Positions 50,563 through 60,870 of a stretch of 64,000 bases of DNA are shown here, in pieces. Below the pieces are notes generated by a model. It worked only from the letters and a program-made list of their open reading frames with translations. It was not told where the DNA came from and ran no database searches. Source of the stretch: a bacterium (lineage in GTDB: Bacteria; SAR324; NAC60-12); the NCBI GenBank assembly GCA_965209155.1, contig OZ242383.1:1984001-2048000 (forward strand), written 5' to 3'. The translations under genes and the position numbers were made by a program. Each line of letters starts with the position of its first letter. Position 1 is the first letter of the stretch.

Positions 50563-51868
50563 AGGAATTCGCAGAATTTTCAGCTCCATTTTTACCAAAC
50601 TCCTGCTCATCCTGGTTGTTGCCGGGATCTGCATCACCCTGGTCATATCGCATTCTTTCCAAGGCGGAACCTTACAATACCGGGAAGCTGTTCAAGAAAA
50701 CGTCGCCCAATACCTCAATTATCTCGTGCAGGATCTCGGCGTTCCTCCCGATTTGGAGAAGGCTGAGAAAATTGCGCAGCAATATTCCCTCAAAATCCGT
50801 TACGAAAGTTCCAACATCACCTGGTCGACTTCAGAATCGCTTCCCCCTGTCGATCAAGTCCATTTGAGGCGCTGGCGTGAGTTTCCTGAATTGCATTTTG
50901 CCCACTACGAGGGAATCCATCTCATTGCGCTGCAACAGGGAGAGGGCATTTTCCTGTTCACTGTGGACCTGGGACATAAAAACGACGGCATTCGGAAAAA
51001 ATGGATCCTGGTCTCCCTGATTTTTCTGGTATTGATTCTCCTCGGGGCTTATTTCGCCATTCGCTGGATCCTCAAACCCGTTCGATGGCTCAAGGAAGGA
51101 GTCCGACAAGTGGGAGAAGGTAATCTCCGCCACCGGGTTCCGGAGAAAGGATCCGCCGAGTTGCGAGGCTTGTCAAGCACCTTCAATACCATGGCAAGGC
51201 GCATTGACCACATGCTGAGAAGCAAGGAACAATTATTACTCGACGTCAGTCACGAGTTCCGTTCACCCTTGACCCGCATCAAAGTGGCGCTCGAGTTTTT
51301 CCCCGATAGTACCGTCAAAAACGACGTGAGAGACGATGTCGATGAACTGGAAAAAATGGTCTCTGAAATTCTGGAAACTGCACGTTTGGACAGCGAATAT
51401 GGCCACTTGAACCGGAAACAGGTGAAAATGGATCAACTCCTTCAACAAACGCTGCAGGGCTTCAATCACCAACGCGCCCATTTCCATCTCCATCCCATGC
51501 CGCCGGTGCCATCTTTGTCACTGGATGTCGAGAGGATTAGCATTGTCCTGAGAAATATCCTCAACAATGCGCTTAAATACTCGAACAGCAGCTCAAAACC
51601 CGTAGAGGTGAGCTTGCAGCAGGACGATTCTCGGGTAGTGGTCCATATCAAGAACTTCGGCGCAGTGATTCCCCAAGAAGAATTGCCTCATATTTTTGAA
51701 CCTTTCTATCGAGTCGACAAATCCCGTTCCAAAGCAACCGGAGGTTATGGCTTGGGATTGCATCTCTGTCAAAAAATCATGGAAGCTCATGGAGGCCGTA
51801 TTGAAGTTTCCAGTTCGCTTTCGGATGGAACCACCTTTTCCTTATTTTTTCAGCATCCGGAAAAATAA
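50549..51868 (+). CDS. HAMP sensor histidine kinase
   Basis: Two TM segments, DVSHEFRSPL, NALKY and GGYGLGL motifs. Confidence 0.92.
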   Translation: MKSIRGIRRIFSSIFTKLLLILVVAGICITLVISHSFQGGTLQYREAVQENVAQYLNYLVQDLGVPPDLEKAEKIAQQYSLKIRYESSNITWSTSESLPPVDQVHLRRWREFPELHFAHYEGIHLIALQQGEGIFLFTVDLGHKNDGIRKKWILVSLIFLVLILLGAYFAIRWILKPVRWLKEGVRQVGEGNLRHRVPEKGSAELRGLSSTFNTMARRIDHMLRSKEQLLLDVSHEFRSPLTRIKVALEFFPDSTVKNDVRDDVDELEKMVSEILETARLDSEYGHLNRKQVKMDQLLQQTLQGFNHQRAHFHLHPMPPVPSLSLDVERISIVLRNILNNALKYSNSSSKPVEVSLQQDDSRVVVHIKNFGAVIPQEELPHIFEPFYRVDKSRSKATGGYGLGLHLCQKIMEAHGGRIEVSSSLSDGTTFSLFFQHPEK

Positions 51869-51874
51869 AGGAAA

Positions 51875-53095
51875 TCATGCTGGCATCGGACGACGCAGGG
51901 TTTGTTCGTTGATAGGCCAATGGACGATGGCGGACGCCACTCCCAAGGCCACGGAAATCCACCAGACCACGTCATAAGAACCGATTCTGTCGTACAGGTA
52001 TCCTCCAAGCCACGCGCCCAGGAAACTGCCAATCTGGTGACTGAAGAATACGAAGCCAAAGAGCGTGGCCAGGTATTTCGGGCCGAAAATCTGAAGCACG
52101 ATTCCGGAGGTCAATGGGACTGTGGCGAGCCATAGCAGGCCCAGCACTGCGGAAAATACAAGAATACTGGTCGCAGACACCGGAGTGAGCATGAAGATAG
52201 CAAAAACCAATGCCCGTGAAAAATACAGAAAACTCAGACAATACTTCTTACTATAACGTCCTCCCAATATCCCGGAAGCAAAGCACCCGATTATATTGAA
52301 GAGGCCGATCACGGCAAGAGCCCAGGCTCCCAAATTGGCTGAGAATCCTTTATCCACGATATACGCCGGCAGGTGGGTGGCGACGAAAGCGACATGAAAT
52401 CCGCAGACAAAAAAACCGGTGACGAGTAATAAATAACCCCGGTGTCCGAATGCTTCCGTAAGCGTTTGTCGGAGATTCAATTCCACCACGCTTCTCGATA
52501 CCTCCGAATTGCTGCGACCCGTTAACAAAACGGCGCAAGGCGCTATGATCAGGCAGCAAGTGCTGATCAACAACAAAGCAGTCGACCAGCCGTAGGTGGA
52601 TATAAAAAACTGCCCCAGGGGGATCATGGTGAACTGTCCCAAACTGCTTGCTGCCGTGCCGATTCCCAGGACGAGGGATCGTTTTTCAACAGAAACCGCC
52701 CGTACCATCACTCCAAGAACCACCGCAAGCGCTGTTCCCGAGAGTCCGAATCCCACCAACATATTTCCCAAATGAAGAACGACGGGGGATTCCACTCCCG
52801 ACATCAAATAGACTCCCATCGCATAGATCAGACCGCCCGTGGCGATCGTACGACCCGAACCATATTTGTCTGCAATGGCGCCCACGAAAGGCTGAGATGC
52901 TCCCCAAAATAAATTCTGCAGGGCCAGGGAGAGAGCAAAAATTTCGCGACCCCATCCCAAGTCCGCGGAAACGGGTTGCAGGAACAGACCAAAGCCCGCT
53001 CGGACGCCCATCGAAATCAGCATTACCAGGCAGCCCGCGCCCACTATGAATAGCGATGCGCTCGCTCCTGAACGAATCAAGAAATGTCCTTGCAT
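51875..53095 (-). CDS. MFS transporter
   Basis: GAIADKYG, GFFVCGFH and HQIGSFLG motifs; about 12 TM segments. Confidence 0.9.
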   Translation of the reverse strand: MQGHFLIRSGASASLFIVGAGCLVMLISMGVRAGFGLFLQPVSADLGWGREIFALSLALQNLFWGASQPFVGAIADKYGSGRTIATGGLIYAMGVYLMSGVESPVVLHLGNMLVGFGLSGTALAVVLGVMVRAVSVEKRSLVLGIGTAASSLGQFTMIPLGQFFISTYGWSTALLLISTCCLIIAPCAVLLTGRSNSEVSRSVVELNLRQTLTEAFGHRGYLLLVTGFFVCGFHVAFVATHLPAYIVDKGFSANLGAWALAVIGLFNIIGCFASGILGGRYSKKYCLSFLYFSRALVFAIFMLTPVSATSILVFSAVLGLLWLATVPLTSGIVLQIFGPKYLATLFGFVFFSHQIGSFLGAWLGGYLYDRIGSYDVVWWISVALGVASAIVHWPINEQTLRRPMPA

Positions 53096-53117
53096 TAATG
53101 TATCCCGTTTTACCCGT

Positions 53118-54089
53118 TTACCAGTTGAAAGGGGAAATGAGCCGGGCCAAAAGACCCCGTTTGCGTTTCACTTTCGCAATACCGTAGCTACCTTCCCCGC
53201 CCCGCAGTCTTGGGTCGAGCAGGTCCCTGAGAGCGTCACCGAACATGTTGAGACTGTAAACGACAATCGTCAGGCAAAGCCCCGGCCAGAGCGCCAGCCG
53301 GGGAGCCATCTCCATGAACTCACGCCCTTCCCGGCTGAGCATTCCTCCCCAGCTGGGTACCTTGACGGGCAACCCGAATCCAAGGAAGCTCAAGGCAGCC
53401 TCGCTGATGATCACCGCCCCGATGTTGATGGTGAAAATGATGATGACGGGGGCGGCGATATTGGGCAGCACATGGCGGAGCAGGATTCTTGCTTGAGAGC
53501 AGCCAATCGCCACCGCCGCCTGAAAATAGACGTTTTCTTTGACACCGATCACCGCGCTGCGGACGATTCTCGAGCTTCCGATTCCTCCGGTGACCCCCAG
53601 CACCACGATGATCTGGGGGAGACCCCGCCCCACGAGGGACATGATCGTCAACAAAAGAAGCAGTCCCGGGAAGGCCATCCAGGCATCGACGAAGCGCTGC
53701 ACCGCCAGGTCCACTTTCCCTCCCAAGAATCCGGAAATGCTGCCGATCAAGACCGCAATGAGCACGTTGAGCGCTGTCGCTGCCAGACCGACGGTTAAGG
53801 AAATTTGCGCCCCGTAAATCAAACGGCTGAGGAGGTCTCGCCCCAACTGGTCAGTCCCCAGCAGATACCGGTCGGAAGGCTGTTGCATCCTGTCCAGTAT
53901 GTTGACCTCGTCAAAGGGATAAGGCGCCAGTATGTCGGCAAAAAGCGCTACCAGAATAAAGATCAAAACAATTATCCCACCAAAAGTCCCCAGGGGCTTC
54001 TCGGTAACCAGCCGGATCAGGAAATCCACCAGGATGTTCCGCCTCTTGGGTTCGCTGGCAGCGGATGGAAGTTCTGTTGCATTGTTCAT
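53118..54089 (-). CDS. peptide ABC permease (DppC/OppC)
   Basis: LGTDQLGRD, HVLPN and EAALSFLGFG..PSWG motifs. Confidence 0.9.
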   Translation of the reverse strand: MNNATELPSAASEPKRRNILVDFLIRLVTEKPLGTFGGIIVLIFILVALFADILAPYPFDEVNILDRMQQPSDRYLLGTDQLGRDLLSRLIYGAQISLTVGLAATALNVLIAVLIGSISGFLGGKVDLAVQRFVDAWMAFPGLLLLLTIMSLVGRGLPQIIVVLGVTGGIGSSRIVRSAVIGVKENVYFQAAVAIGCSQARILLRHVLPNIAAPVIIIFTINIGAVIISEAALSFLGFGLPVKVPSWGGMLSREGREFMEMAPRLALWPGLCLTIVVYSLNMFGDALRDLLDPRLRGGEGSYGIAKVKRKRGLLARLISPFNW

Positions 54090-54169
54090 ATTGCTGATTT
54101 CTCCTCTATCTTCCTTTAAACTTTGTTCTTAGGGATTGTTCCTAATGCAATTCAATTCGCATTGCAAGA

Positions 54170-54305
54170 AAAATTGGTGATCGAGAATTCGCTGAGGTCT
54201 TTCAGCACTTCGTCCGTCATCTCTCCGTGGCGATCCCTTGCGATCAGAACCGGGATTTTCTCCGCCGACAACCCCCGCTTCGTAACATTGCCGCCCCTTC
54301 TCCTT
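54170..54305 (-). pseudogene. IS1595-family transposase fragment
   Basis: Translates RRRGGNVTKRGLSAEKIPVLIARDRHG. Confidence 0.7.
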
Positions 54306-54558
54306 CTTCTATAAAAATTTAGAGCTTTAAGGAAACAGTATGACAGATTCAAAAAACTTCTCAAATTTAATGCAAACTGAGCTTTTTTAATTGATTATCC
54401 CAAATATTCCCTCTCTATCCTCACAAATCGTTTGCATTTTATCTTTTCCATGTTAAATATAATTCAACACAAATAATTATTTGATTTTAAAAAATTACTT
54501 GTATATCATACTTAAACAGGTTACTTAAACAAAATTTCAATTCTTAAAGAGATAAAAA

Positions 54559-54951
54559 ATGGTGACAAATTCCAAATTAGATGAGGCGATTCAATCTATT
54601 TCTGACTTAATCAGTGACTATGAAAAGAAACTGAATCATTGCCGGAATTTTATTAAAATATTGAAGTCTGAAAAAAAGTTTAACGAAAAAAGTGGAGATG
54701 GACCGAATCTTGTCCTGAATGCCAAAGAAGAAATCCGAGAGGCTATTATCGGATTTTTTAATGATGAAAATGCAAATGGATCATTAAGCCAGATTGAAGG
54801 CTATTTAAAAGATAAGGGATACAAAGGGTATTCAAAAAAAGGACTTTCACACTCAATCGGAACGATGCTTAATCGAGATCCAATATTTATCCGAACTAAA
54901 GATAGTAAATATTGCCGTTTAAGAGAATATTCAATGCTACAAGAAGAATAA
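54559..54951 (+). CDS. AT-rich hypothetical protein (coiled coil plus possible winged helix)
   Basis: 130 aa ORF in low-GC DNA. Confidence 0.5.
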   Translation: MVTNSKLDEAIQSISDLISDYEKKLNHCRNFIKILKSEKKFNEKSGDGPNLVLNAKEEIREAIIGFFNDENANGSLSQIEGYLKDKGYKGYSKKGLSHSIGTMLNRDPIFIRTKDSKYCRLREYSMLQEE

Positions 54952-55020
54952 AAAAGGAGGACTGGAATAATACTCTTCCACAGAATAGACACAGGTTTAA
55001 ATCCTGCTACGCCCACCAAA

Positions 55021-55130
55021 CGCGCTTTGGTACGTTACATGAAAAATCGTCCCGGGTAGTTTGAATACAAAACAGCTATTGATCAACAACTCCCTATCGG
55101 CACTGGAAAAATTGAAAGCGTCCATCGTTA
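55021..55130 (+). pseudogene. ISKra4/ISLre2-like transposase fragment
   Basis: Translates RYMKNRPG*FEYKTAIDQQLPIGTGKIESVHR. Confidence 0.65.
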
Positions 55131-55140
55131 ATCTCCTTAG

Positions 55141-55332
55141 GTGAATCAGGAGTTAAAAAACGTGTCATTCCTGGCTTGACCAGGAATCCAGGGGGATACG
55201 GGCGATATTTTGGATGCCGGATCCTCCTGGTCCCGGACTTGATCCGGGACCAGGAGGATCCGGGACCAGCATGACACATCATAAATACTGAATTATTGAT
55301 TTTATAAATTAAATTTCAACTCCTGATTCGCA
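55141..55332. mobile_element. complete-looking MITE of the REP-like family
   Basis: Ends GTGAATCAGGAGTT..AACTCCTGATTCGC are inverted; internal palindromes present. Confidence 0.7.
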
Positions 55333-55471
55333 TATCTCCTTTATAAAGTGGAAATCCAGTAGACAAGCGATTTTTTGCCGTACAGCTTCTCATACTTCAG
55401 AAGGACTGATTTTAAGACAAAAGGTCAAAGCTCTTGGTTGACATTTGATGACCAGGAGCATGTATATTTCA

Positions 55472-58400
55472 TCATTGCGCAGGGATCGTATCCTCGTTTC
55501 CCTGGTGGTAGGTCCTGGTAAAGATCGTCTCCGAGAGCCATTTACGGAAGGAAGGATTGTCGCTGAATTGCTTATAGAGTTCGGTTTGGTCGGAGAGCAG
55601 GTCAAGCACGGCTCGTCGAAGCGCGCTGTCGTGTTCTATACGCGCGTTCTGTTTATCGGAGTTTCTCATGGCATTCCGGTAAGACGGGTCCGCAGCGACC
55701 TTTACCGGCAGTTCTTCAGCAATGATTTGGATTATCTTGTCGGCATCTTTCCACTCGATGTTGCCAAAGCGCTCATTGAAGGTCTTGAGAATGTTGCTCA
55801 GGTGGTCCAGTTCCGTCTCCGGCTTCCGGCCTCCCTCACTGGTGGGCAGCGGATCGACCATTGCCTCGGTATCGGAAAGGGCGATTGCCATAGAAGCTTG
55901 AACCTCGGCACGGTAGCTGTCCATGTCGATCGCCTGGAGAATGTCCAGGGAAAAATCCTGTTCCTCCGGAGCGGGCAACTTGGGCGTGAGGAAATTCAGG
56001 AAGATGGCGCGTTTTTCCCATTCCGCGTTGGCGTATGGCAAGATCGAGGCCAGGAATCCGTATACCCGGGTGAACGCTTTCGCCTTACTTTTGAAATCAA
56101 CCTGGCCGTCCTCGTCGAGCTCCGAATGATAGATCGCGACGCAGGCGTCCAGGATCGGATCGAGTTGGTCACGATCGGCCCCTTGCGCGTAAAGCGTGAC
56201 CAGGGTCTCCACTTGCTCCTGGTCGTAGACCTGGTAGCCATCGAGAGCGCCTTGCAGGTCGTGCAGTTTGTTCGGGTCCGTTTCTTCGCTGAGGATGGTG
56301 GTTCGATAGTAAGGTTCGAAAGAGGCGCGGATGACCTCCACGTCGTTGATGAAGTCGAGGACGAAGCAGTCGTGTTTATGCGGATGCGCGCGATTCAAGC
56401 GAGAAAGGGTTTGCACCGCCTTGACGCCCGACAGGATTTTGTCCACGTACATCGTGTGCAGGAGCGGTTCGTCGTAGCCGGTCTGGAACTTTTCGGCGAC
56501 GATGAGGAAGCGGTACGGCTCTTCCCTGATCAACTCGGCGATACGACTGCCGGGAAATCCATTCAGCGAGGACTCGGACACTTGCCGGCCACCATCCTCG
56601 TGCTCCCCCGAGAAGGCAACGATGGCCCGGTAAGCGCTCTTCCGCTCCCGCAGGTAAGTCTGGAAAGCATGAAAATACCGGATTGCCCGCTCAACGCTAC
56701 CGGTCACCACCATGGCCCTCGCCTGACCACGAATCTTGCGGTGCGCGATGACCTTTTCTTGGAAATGATCGATCATGATTTCGGTTTTCTGACGGATGGC
56801 ATGGTCGTGGGACTCGACGTACCGTCGAAGTTTTTTGCGGGCTTTCCTGGCGTCGAATCGCGGATCTTCCGCAACCGTTTTCATCAGCCGGTAGTAGCTT
56901 TCGACGGGAGTATAGTGCTGGAGCACGTCGAGGATGAAGCCTTCCTGAATGGCTTGCTTCATCGTGTAACTGTGAAAAAGGACGTGCCGGACCCGCTCTC
57001 CTGCAGGTTCAGGGCATCCGAAAATCTCCAGTGTCTTGTTCTTGGGCGTCGCCGTGAAGGCGAAGTAGCTGGCGTTCTCCAGCATTTTGCGCGCTTGCAT
57101 GAAGCGGTTGATGCGGTCCTCGACCGTTTCCTCCTCTTCCTGCCCGATTCCTTCCGTGGAGAGCGCGATGTGCATCTTCGTCGTCGTTTGACCTCCCTGG
57201 CTCGAATGGGCTTCATCGATGATGATGGCGAAACTCCGCTCCCGGTGTTCGTCCCCGATTTCATCGAGGATGAAGGGAAATTTCTGAACGGTGCTGATGA
57301 TTATTTTTTTCCCACTCTTGATAAATTGCCTCAGGTCTCCAGAGCGCTCGGCATGTCCGACCACCGATGAGACTTGCGCAAATTGCCGGATGGTATCCCG
57401 GATCTGTTTGTCCAGCACCCGGCGATCCGTCACGACGATGATCGAATCGAATAGCGGCTGACTGTTTTGTTTCAAAGCGATGAGCTGGTGCGCAAGCCAG
57501 GCGATTGAATTGCTCTTCCCGGAACCCGCGGAGTGTTGGACCAGGTATCGATGGCCGACGCCATGGGCTTGCGCGTGGTTCAGCAATCGACGCACGACCT
57601 CGAGTTGATGATAGCGTGGCCATATTTGCACCCTTCTTTTACTTCCGGATTTTTCATCCTTGCTCTCGATGACCTGCGCATAATTTTCCAGGATATCGCT
57701 CAGGCCCTCTCGCGTCAGGATGCGCTTCCAGAGGTAGTCGGTTTTGATCCCGCGCGGGTTGGGAGGATTGCCCGTGCCGTCGTTCCAACCCTGGTTGAAA
57801 GGAAGGAACCAGGAATGATTCCCCTGGAGGTGGGTGCAGAAACGTACTTCCTGGTCGTCTACCGCGAAATGCGCCACGCCACGCCCGAATCCAAAGAGCA
57901 TTTCACGCGGGTCACGGTCTCGCTTGTATTGCTGGACGGCATCCGCGACGCTTTGTTTGGTGAGGAGGTTTTTCAACTCGAAGGTTATGACCGGCAAACC
58001 ATTGAGGAAGAGGCCAAGGTCGAGCGCGAGGTGCGTCTCGTCCCGGCTGTAACGAAGTTGTCGCGTGACCGAGAAGCGGTTCTGATCATAGAGGATGCTG
58101 GCCTTCTCGTTGCCCGGCGTCGGCGTGCCGTAGAAGAGATCGATATGATACGGTCCGTGCTTGAGACCCTTGCGTAAGACTTCGATGGTGCCGCGTCTGT
58201 TGATTTCACCTTGCAGTCGCGCCAGGAACTTTCGTTGCGCCGGGCTATCCCGGATGGGATCGAACGATTCGATAATCTCGGCTTGCGTCTCTCGTAAAAA
58301 GATCGAAAGCTGCGCCAGGTCCAGGCAATACTCACGGTTGTAGTCACGCGGGTGGCCTCCGATCCAACCAGCGCCATAGGCGACCGGATGCTCACTCACT

Positions 58401-58489
58401 CCCCCTTCTGAAGAGGGATCACAGGGATGACCGGTCAATGCCGTGCAAATCAAGCGTTCCAGTCCGCGTTCAGTGGTGTCGGTGGGCAT
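55472..58489 (-). CDS. hsdR: type I restriction endonuclease subunit R
   Basis: NGLPVITFELK, QHSAGSGKSNSI, IIDEAHSSQ, FTATP, KFQTGYDEP and VQTLSRLNR motifs. Confidence 0.95.
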   Translation of the reverse strand: MPTDTTERGLERLICTALTGHPCDPSSEGGVSEHPVAYGAGWIGGHPRDYNREYCLDLAQLSIFLRETQAEIIESFDPIRDSPAQRKFLARLQGEINRRGTIEVLRKGLKHGPYHIDLFYGTPTPGNEKASILYDQNRFSVTRQLRYSRDETHLALDLGLFLNGLPVITFELKNLLTKQSVADAVQQYKRDRDPREMLFGFGRGVAHFAVDDQEVRFCTHLQGNHSWFLPFNQGWNDGTGNPPNPRGIKTDYLWKRILTREGLSDILENYAQVIESKDEKSGSKRRVQIWPRYHQLEVVRRLLNHAQAHGVGHRYLVQHSAGSGKSNSIAWLAHQLIALKQNSQPLFDSIIVVTDRRVLDKQIRDTIRQFAQVSSVVGHAERSGDLRQFIKSGKKIIISTVQKFPFILDEIGDEHRERSFAIIIDEAHSSQGGQTTTKMHIALSTEGIGQEEEETVEDRINRFMQARKMLENASYFAFTATPKNKTLEIFGCPEPAGERVRHVLFHSYTMKQAIQEGFILDVLQHYTPVESYYRLMKTVAEDPRFDARKARKKLRRYVESHDHAIRQKTEIMIDHFQEKVIAHRKIRGQARAMVVTGSVERAIRYFHAFQTYLRERKSAYRAIVAFSGEHEDGGRQVSESSLNGFPGSRIAELIREEPYRFLIVAEKFQTGYDEPLLHTMYVDKILSGVKAVQTLSRLNRAHPHKHDCFVLDFINDVEVIRASFEPYYRTTILSEETDPNKLHDLQGALDGYQVYDQEQVETLVTLYAQGADRDQLDPILDACVAIYHSELDEDGQVDFKSKAKAFTRVYGFLASILPYANAEWEKRAIFLNFLTPKLPAPEEQDFSLDILQAIDMDSYRAEVQASMAIALSDTEAMVDPLPTSEGGRKPETELDHLSNILKTFNERFGNIEWKDADKIIQIIAEELPVKVAADPSYRNAMRNSDKQNARIEHDSALRRAVLDLLSDQTELYKQFSDNPSFRKWLSETIFTRTYHQGNEDTIPAQ

Positions 58490-58768
58490 ACTCTCTTTTT
58501 CCTCATTCCCTTCAATACTCCAATATTTATACTTTTTTTTAAAGAATAATCAGTAAAGGGGCATAAAAATAAATAATATAAAAGCATAAAAAACAGTTAC
58601 TTATAAAGCCGATTCCACTTGAATTGTGCCAAAATTATGCTTTTTCCCCCAATTAAATTTTTCGGGCATAATTCGAAATGAAAGATTCCCCCGGAAACCA
58701 ACAAGCAACTTGGGTGTTCCCGATTTTGTGGATTTGTTCCTTCCAATTATCTTGGTATTGATCTTCTC

Positions 58769-58966
58769 TATCCATGTCTTGATGTCTTTTTTTGCTTGCG
58801 CATACTTCCCGATACCCCCACGACGTTTGACACCGCATTTTCGACTTGTCATCACGCACCGCGCTTTCACCCAGATCGAAAAATTCGCCAGGTGCGGGCG
58901 TAGGGACTGGTTCACAAAAGTCTCTTCTGTTTGCCCCTCCACGATGTAATGCAGCCTGATAGCCAT
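58769..58966 (-). pseudogene. DUF4276-family (TOPRIM-like) protein, 3'-truncated
   Basis: IVEGQTEETFV..LRPHL..RGG; similarity is lost after KDIKTWI. Confidence 0.7.
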
Positions 58967-59002
58967 TAAGGACGTCCTCCCAGTACGTTCTTTTCCCACA
59001 AC

Positions 59003-59201
59003 GTAACTATTCAGGTACTCAACTAATTGATATTACATGCGATTTTTTTGAATATTTGGTGATTCCTGAATTTTTACAAACGTAATCCATTGAAATCATT
59101 GATTTTAAATTTTAGAATCAAATATTCAATTTTTTCAGTTTTCAAAATTAATCCAATAAAATCAGTATTATACTCAAAAATTGGGGTACCTAAATAGTTA
59201 C
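59003..59201. mobile_element. MITE, 199 bp
   Basis: TIR GTAACTATT(C/T)AGGTAC; 8-bp direct repeat CCCACAAC at 58995-59002 and 59202-59209. Confidence 0.9.
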
Positions 59202-60279
59202 CCCACAACTCGGAAAGAGAATAGTCATCGAGCCAGTTTGACAAAGCCTCACTCTCCAGCCTCCTGAAGGTGGAACGGCGGCCTTCTCTTTCGACGACGA
59301 CGATATCCTCCGGATCAAAGCAATCGACGAGCGGCATGGACTGCGTAGCGACAATGACCTGTATTTTGGTCGAGAGGGCATTTATCAAGCCGCCTACAAC
59401 GTTGATGGCATGGGGATGCAAGCCTAGTTCCGGCTCGTCGAGAATCAATACGTCCGCCAAGTCCCGCTCCGGCAGAAGGAGCAGGGTAACGAGCGCAACG
59501 ACGCGCAACATACCATCCGAGGCTTGCGAAACGCTGAACACCCGGTCACTGTTTCGTTCGCGCCATTGCAATAGAATTGCGCCATAGTCCGGTTCCAATT
59601 CAAAATCTGAAAAGAAAGGCAGTATGAGACGAATGGTATCGACAATCCTCCGGTAGCTTTTGCTCTCGTTTTCCCTCAAGCGAAGCAGAACCGGCGCGAG
59701 ATTGGCCGCATCTTCCTTCAGCCACCGATTGTCTGTCGTGGGCCATTTCCCACGGAAGCGCGCGGTATCCGACGTGTTGTGGAATTGATAGACGACGATT
59801 TTCTGCAGGATGCTTCGAGTGACGTAGGCGGTCGTATCTTCGTCGGCCAAAGTGAGGAGTTTTGGAGCAAAGTGTCCGGCTCCCGTTTCTTTCCAGTTAG
59901 CAGGAGTGGAGTAACTCTTGTGAGAAAATCTGTAGCGTTCATCGGCGAAAATCAATGTGTCTCCTGCCGCAAAAAACAACCGGAACGAGTACTGGGTTTT
60001 GCCGTTTTCAGTCTCAATCGTCAGTTCGGTTTCAATCTCGCGGGTCTTAGCCGAACCGTCGTGCAAGAGTATGTTGGCTCCCCCCTGTCGACCCACAAAT
60101 TCTTGAAAATTGTTTGAATCTGCCAACATCCAACTCATCATGCGAAAGAAAGAAATGAAGTTGGATTTACCAGCGCCATTGGGACCGATGAGCACCGTTA
60201 AGGAACCAGGCTTGAAATCGCTCAGTTCTTCAATAGTCTTGAATCCTTTGAGGGTTATGTTATCGAGTCTGTCTTTCAT
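59074..60279 (-). CDS. ABC/SMC-like AAA ATPase whose 3' end is replaced by a MITE
   Basis: IGPNGAGKSN, SDGMLR, ILDEPELGLHP and ATQS motifs; the native tail WEKNVLGGRP* lies beyond the MITE. Confidence 0.88.
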   Translation of the reverse strand: MKDRLDNITLKGFKTIEELSDFKPGSLTVLIGPNGAGKSNFISFFRMMSWMLADSNNFQEFVGRQGGANILLHDGSAKTREIETELTIETENGKTQYSFRLFFAAGDTLIFADERYRFSHKSYSTPANWKETGAGHFAPKLLTLADEDTTAYVTRSILQKIVVYQFHNTSDTARFRGKWPTTDNRWLKEDAANLAPVLLRLRENESKSYRRIVDTIRLILPFFSDFELEPDYGAILLQWRERNSDRVFSVSQASDGMLRVVALVTLLLLPERDLADVLILDEPELGLHPHAINVVGGLINALSTKIQVIVATQSMPLVDCFDPEDIVVVEREGRRSTFRRLESEALSNWLDDYSLSELWGNYLGTPIFEYNTDFIGLILKTEKIEYLILKFKINDFNGLRL

Positions 60280-60870
60280 AATTGTCCTTCTTTCCCGGTT
60301 TCAAACAATCTTGCCTTTGATGAAACAAAGACTGCTGACTTCGGCCCCGTCCTGATCTTCGAAGACGCAGAGTACGATTCATCGGGCGAATAAGTCTCCT
60401 CTTTGTGTACGAAGAGCTTGCTGGTGACTACATCAGCGATGGCCAGTCAGACCATTTAAATCAAACGTTCCAGTCCGCGTTCAGTGGTGTCGATGGGCAT
60501 ATACTTTCTTTTTCCTCATTACTTTCTTTCACTGACGCCTCGGGCTTCAATATCGAATCCTTCGATACCTTGACTTCGTGACCTGAAACAGCTTCTACTT
60601 TTCAAGATTCTATACCATGGAACCGTTCCGGAAACTGCTCGCGCCATTCTCGAGATTCTCGAAAAGAAAGGATATGGGCGCCGGAGTTCCATAAATGTCA
60701 AAGTCTCTCTGGCATCATCAATGGCCACTTCAATACTCCATGTTTTTATACTTTTTTCAAAGAATAATCAGTAAAGAGGCATAAAAATAAAAAATTTTAA
60801 ACCATAAAAAACAGTTACTTATAAAATTAATTACACTTGAATTATGCTCAAATTATGCTAATTTTCCAAA

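Noticed and set aside
54940..55018. Complete tRNA gene
   Set aside because: Only a 3' portion is present; there is no D arm, anticodon arm or matching 5' acceptor strand
55445..57370. 641-aa plus-strand ORF
   Set aside because: Antisense shadow of hsdR with no recognisable motifs
60519..60728. 69-aa ORF
   Set aside because: No recognisable motif; it lies in a rearranged junction and is probably debris
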